Assembly: GCA_046583315.1 (NCBI GenBank)
Contig: JAYGCN010000008.1
Location: 1 to 34,550, forward strand
Source of the DNA: Candidatus Hydrogenedentota bacterium
GTDB taxonomy: Bacteria > Hydrogenedentota > Hydrogenedentia > Hydrogenedentales > GCA-2746185
Direction: 5' to 3'
DNA length: 34,550 nucleotides
Each line of letters opens with the position of its first letter. Position 1 is the stretch's first letter. Positions 1 to 7,947 of this stretch are shown here, piece by piece. A model generated the notes under the pieces. The model was not told the origin of the DNA and did not search any database. It saw only the letters and a list, made by a program, of their open reading frames with translations. The position numbers and the translations under genes are program-made.

Positions 1-307
1 GGAAATCGTTGTAGGCCGCGCAGTCCGGCGATCCCCGTTCCGGTTTCGCCGTGTAATGTTCGTTCACGCGTCGCTGCGCTTCTTCCCGGCGGGTCGTATC
101 AACGTCGCACACCGCCACAACACGGGTCGTCTTTTGATTCAGGAAATTGTTGAGTAGACCCTTGTTCTGTTTACCCATTCCGATAAACCCCATAACGATG
201 CGGTCATTCGGTTTTACTTCGGCACTCCACACCTTCGATGGAAGAATAAACGGCGCAGCCGAAAGGGCTGCTGCACTTTTTATAAATGATCTGCGACTGG
301 TTGTCAT
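1..307 (-). CDS. Gfo/Idh/MocA family oxidoreductase with Tat signal, N-terminal part (runs off the window edge)
   Basis: Not in the ORF track. Manual translation from ATG 307 gives MTTSRRSFIKSAAALSAAPFILPSKVWSAEVKPNDRIVMGFIGMGKQNKGLLNNFLNQKTTRVVAVCDVDTTRR...CAAYNDF. It shows an SRRxFIK twin-arginine motif, a GFIGMG Rossmann loop and VVAVCDVD. Confidence 0.88.
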   Translation of the reverse strand, partial: MTTSRRSFIKSAAALSAAPFILPSKVWSAEVKPNDRIVMGFIGMGKQNKGLLNNFLNQKTTRVVAVCDVDTTRREEAQRRVNEHYTAKPERGSPDCAAYNDF

Positions 308-533
308 GGTTTCTTCTTTCTTTCCGTTGGACAATTGATACTGATGGTCACAGTATCCTATGAATCAAGGTGGGATCGCAAATACTTGGCAACGAATTCG
401 TTGGATGAGTTCCCCCTATAGATTGATGTTTCGAATTGCCCCTGCTACTATCGCTCAATCCGTCATATCCCACGACAATGCAACCAAGGCGAACCTACAA
501 GTGCCTCAATCATCACCATCGAAACGGAAGAAT

Positions 534-1526
534 ATGCGGGCCGTCGTATGCCGTGAAATCAGCGAAGACATCGACACCCTCGTGATCGAAGACATCGATA
601 CCCCGTCCCCCTATGCCGACGAGGTTCTAATCGGAATCCGTGCGTGCTCCGTCAACTTCCCTGATATTCTCATGGTTCAAGGCAAATACCAGTTCAAGCC
701 CGACCTGCCGTTTACGCCCGGTATGGAAGTTGCCGGCGATGTACTCGAAGTCGGCAGCAACGTCGAAAACGTGTCCGTCGGTCATCGCGTCATGGCAAGC
801 ACACCAATCGGTGGCTACGCCGAGGCAGTCGTCGCTCCTGCCGACGCCGTGCGCAAAATTCCGGAATCATTAGGTTACGATGCCGCTGCCGCTCTGCCCG
901 CCGCCTACAATACGGCCTACGTTTCTCTCGTACGTCGGGGCGACCTCCAACCCGGCGAAACATTGCTTGTTCACGGTGCTACCGGGGGAGTGGGCCTCGC
1001 CGCAGTTGAACTTGGAAAATACCTTGGCGCGACAGTCATCGCCACGGGAGGAACGGACGAGAAACTCAAGGTAGTCATGGAAAAAGGTGCCGACCATGTG
1101 ATCAACTACACGCGCGAAGACGGATCGCAGGGGGGCTTTCGCGAACGCGTCAAAGAATTGACCGGAGGAAAAGGCGCAGATGTGATTTACGATCCGGTTG
1201 GCGGCGATGTGTTCGACGAATCCGTGCGGTGCATTGCGTGGGGCGGACGTCTGCTTGTCATCGGATTCACCAGCGGTCGCATCCCGACCGTCCCGGTCAA
1301 CATGCCGCTCATCAAAGGATTCTCCGTGGTCGGCGTACGCGCCGGGGAATTCGGCCGCCGAAATCCCGCCCTCGGCAAGGAAAACATCGAGACCGTCATT
1401 CGATGGGCTTCTGAAGGAAAACTAAATCCGCACATCTGCTCGACCTTCCCACTTGACCGGTCCGTCGAGGCCATGCAAATGCTCGCCAACCGAAAAGTCG
1501 TCGGAAAAGTTGTGATCAATCCATGA
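534..1526 (+). CDS. NADPH:quinone oxidoreductase family protein (zinc-independent MDR, QOR-like)
   Basis: Motifs VNFPD..GKYQ..P.LPFTPGME, LLVHGATGGVG, VIYDPVGG, LVIGFTSG and GKVVI. Start moved from 360 to ATG 534 (MRAVVC), where the family fold begins. Confidence 0.9.
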   Translation: MRAVVCREISEDIDTLVIEDIDTPSPYADEVLIGIRACSVNFPDILMVQGKYQFKPDLPFTPGMEVAGDVLEVGSNVENVSVGHRVMASTPIGGYAEAVVAPADAVRKIPESLGYDAAAALPAAYNTAYVSLVRRGDLQPGETLLVHGATGGVGLAAVELGKYLGATVIATGGTDEKLKVVMEKGADHVINYTREDGSQGGFRERVKELTGGKGADVIYDPVGGDVFDESVRCIAWGGRLLVIGFTSGRIPTVPVNMPLIKGFSVVGVRAGEFGRRNPALGKENIETVIRWASEGKLNPHICSTFPLDRSVEAMQMLANRKVVGKVVINP

Positions 1527-1571
1527 CGCGGTAGTCATAGACAGCGGAACGACATCTACCTCGATTTCGCT

Positions 1572-2363
1572 CTACCTTCCCTTGAACTGAGGTTCGCGTT
1601 TTTCCACGAAGGCCTTCGCGCTCTCAATATGGTCCTCAGTCTGAAACAACAGGCCCAGCAGATCCTCCGTGTACGGTTTAATTCCGCGAGGCTCGTAAAG
1701 GGCTTTGTATACGGCACGCTTAATCGCGACCTGCGCCAGAGGAGCACCCTGCATCAACTTGTGCGCCATCGATTTCGCCTCATCCATAAGCTGATCCTGC
1801 GGCACGACCCTACGAACGAGCCCAATACGCTCCGCCTCAGTAGCATCGATAAGTTCACCCGAAAGCATCATCTCCAATGCCCGGGACAATCCGACGATGT
1901 GCGTAAGATGTGTGGGCCCGATTTCCGTTCCATTGAGTCCGCGCCGGACATAAAAGTAGCCGAAACGCGCCTTCTCCGAAGCGATACGGATGTCACACTC
2001 CACCGCGAGATCCATCCCGATGCCGACAGCGACTCCGTTGACTGCCGCGATCGTCGGCTTGTGGATCTTGGGCAGCTGTGACGACTTGTGCGTGTCGCTT
2101 ATCTTGGCCGTCACTGTATTCGCCCGACGCTCTTTCGCGTCTTCCGACAAAAACACATCGTTTACGTCGTCCCCGGCATGAAAGCCTTTTCCCGCGCCGG
2201 TAAGAATCAATACACGAAGCGTATCGTCAGCGTTATAGTCCTCCATGGCACTGCGTATCTCGCCGTGCATCTGCATATTCGCGGCATTCAGTATCTCAGG
2301 GCGATTGAAAGTAAGCGTAGCTATCCCGTCCTCTTTCTCGTAAATGATATGTTCGTACTCCAT
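1572..2363 (-). CDS. Enoyl-CoA hydratase/isomerase (crotonase) family protein
   Basis: Motifs ATLTFNRPEILNA, LTGAGKGFHAGDD, KPTIAAVNGVAVGIG, CDIRIASEKARF and C-terminal AFVEKREPQFKGR. ATG 2363 has GGAG upstream. Confidence 0.9.
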   Translation of the reverse strand: MEYEHIIYEKEDGIATLTFNRPEILNAANMQMHGEIRSAMEDYNADDTLRVLILTGAGKGFHAGDDVNDVFLSEDAKERRANTVTAKISDTHKSSQLPKIHKPTIAAVNGVAVGIGMDLAVECDIRIASEKARFGYFYVRRGLNGTEIGPTHLTHIVGLSRALEMMLSGELIDATEAERIGLVRRVVPQDQLMDEAKSMAHKLMQGAPLAQVAIKRAVYKALYEPRGIKPYTEDLLGLLFQTEDHIESAKAFVEKREPQFKGR

Positions 2364-2446
2364 GAGCAATCTCCATTTTTGTCGAAATATGGTGTGGTTC
2401 AGACGAGTACCATCTCCGAGGGCAATCGTAACTTCCCCCGCTCTCG

Positions 2447-3247
2447 TCAAAAGTATACCACCGTTGAAAGCAGGAATCGTTGCTGAACAACATCTTCGTC
2501 GAAGCCTGGTACACCGCGTATATAGTCCCCGTTCACCGAATCCGCCCAGCGAATCTGGTAGGCGGCATCAAGATTGACTCGATTCTTCAATTGAAGCCCT
2601 ACGCCTATCGCCGCTCCCCAGAATGCATCCGGCTTTCCGTCACGCTTGCCCGGCGCTCCGGATGACGGTTCTTCGTCGTAATAGAGTCCTCCGCGCAGTA
2701 ACCACAGCTGATTGAGTGATGAATCCACAGTACGGGGAATAAACACGTGCTCGACACCAAGCCTGACAGTAGTTGTAGTCCGGAAATTTACAGTCTTTTG
2801 ATTCACGTTGTCGGAGGCGTCAATGAGGGATACGCGCGTTCCATCGGCCTTACGCACGTAGTAGTAGTCGTCCCAGTCTGTTTGTGTCACGTCTGAAGAA
2901 ATCGTCAGTCGGTCATTCGGGCGATAGGCCAAGCCGATTGCCAGAGTATCGGGAAAGGAAACGTGTCTTTTCTCTTTGGTCCCGAGCAATGGAGTGCCGC
3001 CAGAGGTCCCAGATTCCTCATATTTCGCTTTTGCTCTGAAGGCGGTATCGTAGCGCAATCCAAGGTTCCATTTCGGCGCGAAGTTCCACAGAAGACCGAG
3101 AGTGTAGTTCTCTCCTCGAACGTTGCTGTACTTCGTTCTGGAAGTTCTGCCCTGACCGCCTGAACCACCGTTCGGGAAAACGACAGTTGTAGATCGACTT
3201 TCGACTTGTGACCATTCGTTGTCCTCGATGAATGAGTCCCCGTAAGG
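2447..3247 (-). pseudogene. 5'-truncated outer-membrane beta-barrel, probably FadL/OmpP1/TodX family
   Basis: The frame stays open upstream of the listed ORF to a TGA at 3248-3250 (DSFIEDNEWSQ...NYTLGLLWNFAPKWNLGLRYDT...FPDTLAIGLAYRPNDRLTISSDVTQTDW...TTVRLGVE...LRGGLYYDEEP...LDAAYQ...STVVYF). It has amphipathic strands and a terminal Phe, but no signal peptide or plausible start. The break coincides with the 22-bp repeat. Confidence 0.7.
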
Positions 3248-3267
3248 TCAAAAAACTCAGCCTAACT
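3246..3267 (+). repeat. 22-bp inverted repeat, left copy (GGTCAAAAAACTCAGCCTAACT)
   Basis: Exact reverse complement of 7303-7324. A degenerate direct copy lies at 7011-7029. Confidence 0.9.
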
Positions 3268-3305
3268 CTTTGTACCCTTTGAATAAAGAGCATGTACGTT
3301 TTTGA

Positions 3306-3335
3306 GCAGGAAATCTCGGCCTCTTGATTTCCTGC
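3306..3335. other. Hairpin/inverted repeat GCAGGAAATC-N10-GATTTCCTGC
   Basis: Perfect 10-bp arms just upstream of the integrase relic. Function unknown. Confidence 0.5.
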
Positions 3336-3351
3336 GTCTAATCAGGGATGA

Positions 3352-3591
3352 TTATTTGCGAGGCACAGCAACAATCGCGGCTTCGTGGAGTTTAGCGGAC
3401 AACGCATTTATCTCGGACGCTGGGGCGATGCTTCCACCAAGGAAGCCTACGAACGAACAGTTGCCGAATGGCTTTCCAATCGCCGAACTATTCCGGTTGA
3501 TCGACAACAGATCACAGTGACAGAACTATGTCGAGACTACTGGGTCTATTGCGATGTACACAGGCCTAAAAGTTCCCCAGAAACAATTTGA
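3352..3591 (+). pseudogene. Relic of the N-terminus of a phage/island-type tyrosine integrase
   Basis: RHSNNRGFVEFSGQRIYLGRWGDASTKEAYERTVAEWLSNRR...QITVTELCRDYW resembles, from memory, integrase N-termini of the 'H..SG.A.V...G...YLG..G..E....Y.R...EW......TV.EL...Y' type. No catalytic domain follows; it runs into the convergent M28 gene end. Confidence 0.65.
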
Positions 3592-5308
3592 ACATCGCGC
3601 TATTGTAGACGTTGCTGTCTTTCACGGGCGTTTCGTCCTTACGAAGATCTGCGAGGGTGAGAGGGCCTAGTCGATCAAAGATGTAGGCGTGCGCCCGCGC
3701 AATTCGTTCCATTTCCTTAAAACTGATCCCACCTAAATCAACATCCGCTGTACTATGATAAAACTTGCCCGTTTGAACCCAACCTGCAAACACTGGATTG
3801 CCGAGGTCATTGAACGGAGGATAGAACGCGAGCTCGTCGGTCGGCATGAAGGATACGCCACGTTCTGCATGTACAATGCCGTACGCCGTTGCGGCATCTT
3901 TGAACAGTTCGATTAAAACAGGACTACGATTGTTGTTGGTCAAAAATAGTGGCGTCGGAGCGTTAGTCTTACCTTTGAGTGGGCCTTCTTCAAGTTGCTG
4001 AACGAATCCGAAATGCTCCAAGCGCGTTGCCATTAGCAAGTCATCCCTAAGGAGTTCAGCGTGCTTCTTTACAAAGTCGCGTGTACCGCCCACTCCGGTT
4101 CGTTCGTGGCCTCCCTGAAATAGAAAAATAAACCCGTGGGGTCGCTCTTCGAGAGGTTTAGAAGCATAGTGGCGGGCTATCGCCATATGGGCTGCGACCG
4201 ACGCCCCGTTATCGTGGAGACCGTAAAAGTATCCATCAACATGCGTGTGAATCAGGATGTATTTGCCCGATATTCCTGGAAGAAATGCGTAGACGTTCCC
4301 AGTCTCAAGTTCCTCCGGCGACTTGTTTCTCCCCTCGACCATGATACGGACGCGCACTGGGTCGCTCGGCGTTGCACGGTCCAGTAGTTTTCGCAGGTAA
4401 AAACCATCGTCGTCGCCAATGCTGATCCAAGGCAGCAGCTCCCCCAGTTCATCCCCTCCTCCCGGGGCGCCCACTCTGCCTGCTACCTGCCGCACTCCTG
4501 GAACGGCCCACCACACGATGATCGCGGCGGGCATGCCATACTTTCCGGTGGCGATTCGCGAATAAGCGACCCTGACCGAACTGTACAGAGCGCTTGATTC
4601 GGCTCTACCGCGAACCAACACAATCTTGTCCGACAAATCTCGACCTGCTAACTCGGCAGCCGTCCCATCGCCAATGTATATGACCTCACGTTCGATCCCT
4701 CCCGGTGGCGTGACAGCCGATGGGAACGGTGTCACAGCGTCTGTAAACTCATGCGTAGCGCCCGCTTCGAAGCCTGGTGCACTTGTTATCTCGAGCCGAT
4801 TGACCGTGGGAAACCAGACTTTCGCATACGGTGGAAACCGGTCATGCTGCACATCCTCCAAGCCGAATTCCTTGAGGGTTGCGGCGATCCAGTCGTGCGC
4901 ATCACGCTCATATTGTGTCCCTTCGATACGGCCCCAAAGAATCTCGCCGTCCTCTCTCGATTTTGTCGCAATGCTCACAAGATGACCGGCAAAGCCTTCG
5001 ATTTGTTTGGCGGTGATCGCTGCACGGGGATCTGTTCTTTCGTCCAACAGTTGGGGAAGCGGTTGAAGATCGAGCGGAAAAGTAAAGGCTTCCTCCGCGG
5101 CACGGACGGCCTCCTGATATTCGTCAGGAGTAAGAAACGCAGAGTCGGTTACCGTGTCAATGAGCGCTTCCGGAGACGTCGCCATCGCGACTGATGGTTC
5201 TTCCTGTGCGCTGACGTCGAAACTGAAGGTTCCAATCGTGAGCACACCAAGGCCGATCAGCCTAGCAAGAAACCAGCTGTTGCTAGTTTGCATTCGTAAG
5301 ATAGTCAT
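3566..5308 (-). CDS. Exported M28-family metallopeptidase-like hydrolase with PA-type insert
   Basis: Sec signal ending VSA-QE; PA-like YIGDGT..DLSDKIVLVRG; GNVYAFLPG; metal-ligand motifs HTHVDG, DNGASVA, GHE, LEH and YHSTAD. Confidence 0.75.
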   Translation of the reverse strand: MTILRMQTSNSWFLARLIGLGVLTIGTFSFDVSAQEEPSVAMATSPEALIDTVTDSAFLTPDEYQEAVRAAEEAFTFPLDLQPLPQLLDERTDPRAAITAKQIEGFAGHLVSIATKSREDGEILWGRIEGTQYERDAHDWIAATLKEFGLEDVQHDRFPPYAKVWFPTVNRLEITSAPGFEAGATHEFTDAVTPFPSAVTPPGGIEREVIYIGDGTAAELAGRDLSDKIVLVRGRAESSALYSSVRVAYSRIATGKYGMPAAIIVWWAVPGVRQVAGRVGAPGGGDELGELLPWISIGDDDGFYLRKLLDRATPSDPVRVRIMVEGRNKSPEELETGNVYAFLPGISGKYILIHTHVDGYFYGLHDNGASVAAHMAIARHYASKPLEERPHGFIFLFQGGHERTGVGGTRDFVKKHAELLRDDLLMATRLEHFGFVQQLEEGPLKGKTNAPTPLFLTNNNRSPVLIELFKDAATAYGIVHAERGVSFMPTDELAFYPPFNDLGNPVFAGWVQTGKFYHSTADVDLGGISFKEMERIARAHAYIFDRLGPLTLADLRKDETPVKDSNVYNSAMFKLFLGNF

Positions 5309-5315
5309 ATGTGGT

Positions 5316-5345
5316 ATTCTACAGTCGATTCCGTTCAGTTGTCAA
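5316..5345 (-). promoter_or_regulatory. Putative sigma70 promoter for the M28 gene
   Basis: Minus strand reads TTGACA-N18-TAGAAT, ending 7 nt before ATG 5308. Confidence 0.5.
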
Positions 5346-5435
5346 TCGGCTTTTCCTTTCCTCCACGCGGGAAAGTAGAGAACGATAGTACTTGCGAAAA
5401 ACATACCAGTCAGCTAAACAAAAGGATCAAGCCGG

Positions 5436-6995
5436 ATGGGTTTCCGCAGATCACGTAGAGAGTTTCTCTCGTATGCCACGGTCGCAGGCGTCGGCGCTCT
5501 CGCCGGGCTCGCGTTGCCCCCGCCGCCGGTGAGGGCACAACAAGGTCCAGCAGCAGCATACGATGAATTTATTGATCACGACGCCCTGGCATTGGCCGAA
5601 CTGATTCGCGATGGAACGGTCACGCCGCAGGAATTACTGGATATTGTCGTGCGTAGAATCGAAACGTCGAATGCGACGTTGAATTTCATGACGACGCAGA
5701 CCTTTTCCCGGGCCCGAAAGAAGGCGGCTTCTATATCTGTGGACACGCCTTTTGCGGGCGTACCTTTCCTGATGAAAGACATGATAGACGTGGGTGGCGT
5801 ACTCCGTACTGATGGCTCGCGATTCCTGGCAAACAACGTACCTAAGAAAAACGTCGCGTACGTTGATGCTATTGAGGAGGCTGGTCTCAACATCGTTGGG
5901 ATGACCAATGTTCCCGAATTCGCTAGCCTCGTTCTTACAAGCAACGACTTGTTTGGCGCAACCCGGAATCCTTGGAACTTGGACTATTCTACGTTTACAT
6001 CAAGCGGCGGAGCCGCATCGGCTGTTAGCGCGGGAGCAGTTCCGATGGCCCACGGTACGGACGGTGCAGGATCTTGCCGCCTTCCAGCCTCGGCGACCGG
6101 GATTCTTGGCATGAAGGCGAGCCGATTGCGTATGCTTTCAGGCGAAGCCGATGGTGGACATGACGTCGCCAAGACCAATCAGGTACTCAGCCGTACTGTG
6201 CGAGATAGCGCGGCACTATTGAATTGCACTGAGGACAAATCGGGCAGGTTCTTTCCGCCGATGGGTTACGTGAATGGGCCTTCGAAACGTCGCCTGAAAA
6301 TCGGTCTAATAACGGATTCTGAAGGGCTGGTGGATATTGAGAAAGACGTCCACTTAGCTTTGGAAGATGTTGCCAGGCTGCTGCAGGATCTGGGGCATGA
6401 AGTGGTCGCGACGTCCTATCCTTCGAATTCCGAAGATTTTTGCAACGGCTACTTTGCCTTTTCCGCCGGTAGGCTCGAAGGTCTAAAGACCCTAGTCGAA
6501 AAGGTCAGCGGAACCAGCGTCGCGGCTTCAGGTCTCTTGACCCATTGGACCGCGTCATTCCTTGAGAGCCTCTCAACAGATCCGGATGCAGACATCGGTC
6601 CCCAAAAAGCATATCTGGACACCTTGCCAGGTCGTTTCGCTGATTGCTTTACCCGTTTCGATTTGTTACTGACGCCTGTCAGTCCCGTGGTTTGTCCTAA
6701 ACTAGACGAAGCCTCTCCTGGTGACGAGTTTACCATGGAGCGCTTCCGTGACATGATGGGGAAGTTGAAGTTTACAGGCCCGGTCAATTTCGGCGGGAAT
6801 CCCGCAATGTCAGTACCTCTGGGCTGGGCTTCGTTGTCGGCCGTACCCATTGGCGCACATTTTATTGCGGCCAACGGGGACGACCGAACACTCTACCAGT
6901 TGGCGTATGAATTGGAGGAATCTCGACCCTGGCGATCGAGCTGGGCACCGCATTCATTGCAACACATCGATGTAGAGCCGGATATAAGAATATAG
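5436..6995 (+). CDS. Amidase-signature family amidase with Tat signal
   Basis: SRREFL Tat motif; PFAGVPFLMKD (catalytic Lys); GMTNVPEF; TRNPWNL..STFTSSGG; GTDGAGSCRLPA (Ser nucleophile); GNPAMSVP. Confidence 0.9.
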   Translation: MGFRRSRREFLSYATVAGVGALAGLALPPPPVRAQQGPAAAYDEFIDHDALALAELIRDGTVTPQELLDIVVRRIETSNATLNFMTTQTFSRARKKAASISVDTPFAGVPFLMKDMIDVGGVLRTDGSRFLANNVPKKNVAYVDAIEEAGLNIVGMTNVPEFASLVLTSNDLFGATRNPWNLDYSTFTSSGGAASAVSAGAVPMAHGTDGAGSCRLPASATGILGMKASRLRMLSGEADGGHDVAKTNQVLSRTVRDSAALLNCTEDKSGRFFPPMGYVNGPSKRRLKIGLITDSEGLVDIEKDVHLALEDVARLLQDLGHEVVATSYPSNSEDFCNGYFAFSAGRLEGLKTLVEKVSGTSVAASGLLTHWTASFLESLSTDPDADIGPQKAYLDTLPGRFADCFTRFDLLLTPVSPVVCPKLDEASPGDEFTMERFRDMMGKLKFTGPVNFGGNPAMSVPLGWASLSAVPIGAHFIAANGDDRTLYQLAYELEESRPWRSSWAPHSLQHIDVEPDIRI

Positions 6996-7010
6996 AACAA
7001 AGGGTGAAGC

Positions 7011-7029
7011 CAAAAACTCAGCTTGACTC
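7011..7029 (+). repeat. Degenerate copy of the 22-bp repeat (CAAAAACTCAGCTTGACTC)
   Basis: AAAAACTCAGCyTrACTC matches 3251-3268 at 16 of 18 positions. It lies just after the amidase stop codon. Confidence 0.65.
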
Positions 7030-7124
7030 CCAAATCCGCGTAGCGTCAAAAAAAGGTGTGCCTCGCAAATATTCATCCGCACTGTGATCGTAGATGTTTC
7101 TACCTTGATAGACGAGTCCGGTAT

Positions 7125-7152
7125 GCGTCAAGAGAATGATTAAGGCAATATA
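7125..7152 (+). repeat. 28-bp direct repeat, copy 1 (GCGTCAAGAGAATGATTAAGGCAATATA)
   Basis: Matches 14624-14651 at 27 of 28 positions; the first 22 are identical. Confidence 0.9.
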
Positions 7153-7302
7153 TGAGGGTGTTTTTATTATAGCCGGTGTCTCTTGGCCAATATTTACAGG
7201 CCATTTTCGAATTTTGGCCGAATGATAGATTTCTATGTAATGTAGCCGGATTCACCATCATGATTTTCACCATACTTCAGTTCACATTTCGGAGATATTT
7301 TA

Positions 7303-7324
7303 AGTTAGGCTGAGTTTTTTGACC
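7303..7324 (-). repeat. 22-bp inverted repeat, right copy
   Basis: AGTTAGGCTGAGTTTTTTGACC is the exact reverse complement of 3246-3267. Confidence 0.9.
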
Positions 7325-7425
7325 CTTGGGGCTTGAATCTGTTTTCGGATTTTGATTAACTCGGTGGTGGCGAATTCAAGAGTGTTGCAAAAGTATTGAT
7401 ATGTACTACCGGAGGTGAACGGACA

Positions 7426-7947
7426 ATGGACTATTTTGAACCCTATATTTCCTATTTCTTGGCTACACTGATGCCGATCGCTATCAAAGTTCTTATCATC
7501 TTACTTGTGTTCTTTGTTCTTGCCAAAACATCGAGGAAAGTCATACTCGGTATAACCGACCGATTGAACATTGATGATCATCTCATGGCAATATTCGCAC
7601 GCACGAGTAATATAACGATCATGATCTTTGCATTGGTCACAGCACTCGGGACTATGGGAATCAACGTTTCCGCGCTCGTTGCGAGTTTGGGCTTGACCGG
7701 TTTCGCACTTGGTTTTGCGTTCAAGGATACGATTTCGAATCTCATCTCCGGTATTCTTATCTTGTTGTATCGGCCGTTCGAGATAGGTAACCGTATAGGA
7801 ATTTTAGGTTACGAAGGGGTGGTAATCGCCATCGATCTGCGATATACGGAGATAGACTCTGATGGGAATAAGGTTCTCATTCCGAATTCAAAACTATTTT
7901 CGGATCCAATCACGGTTCTTCAGTCTTCGGCTACCGAGACCTCTTAG
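7426..7947 (+). CDS. mscS: Small MscS-family mechanosensitive ion channel
   Basis: Motifs ALVASLGLTGFALGFAFKDTISNLISG...RPFEIGNRI...GVV..IDLRYT...VLIPNS. ATG 7426 follows GGAGGTG. Short form lacking the C-terminal cage region. Confidence 0.88.
   Translation: MDYFEPYISYFLATLMPIAIKVLIILLVFFVLAKTSRKVILGITDRLNIDDHLMAIFARTSNITIMIFALVTALGTMGINVSALVASLGLTGFALGFAFKDTISNLISGILILLYRPFEIGNRIGILGYEGVVIAIDLRYTEIDSDGNKVLIPNSKLFSDPITVLQSSATETS

Noticed and set aside
360..533. 58-aa N-terminal extension of the QOR ORF
   Set aside because: Not family-like; it occupies the divergent promoter gap, and ATG 534 matches the normal start.
2364..2450. N-terminal extension of the crotonase ORF
   Set aside because: ATG 2363 has a good RBS and matches the usual family start.
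7000..7400. CRISPR array or riboswitch in the AT-rich gap
   Set aside because: Repeats are not regularly spaced, no cas genes are present, and I recognise no riboswitch consensus.
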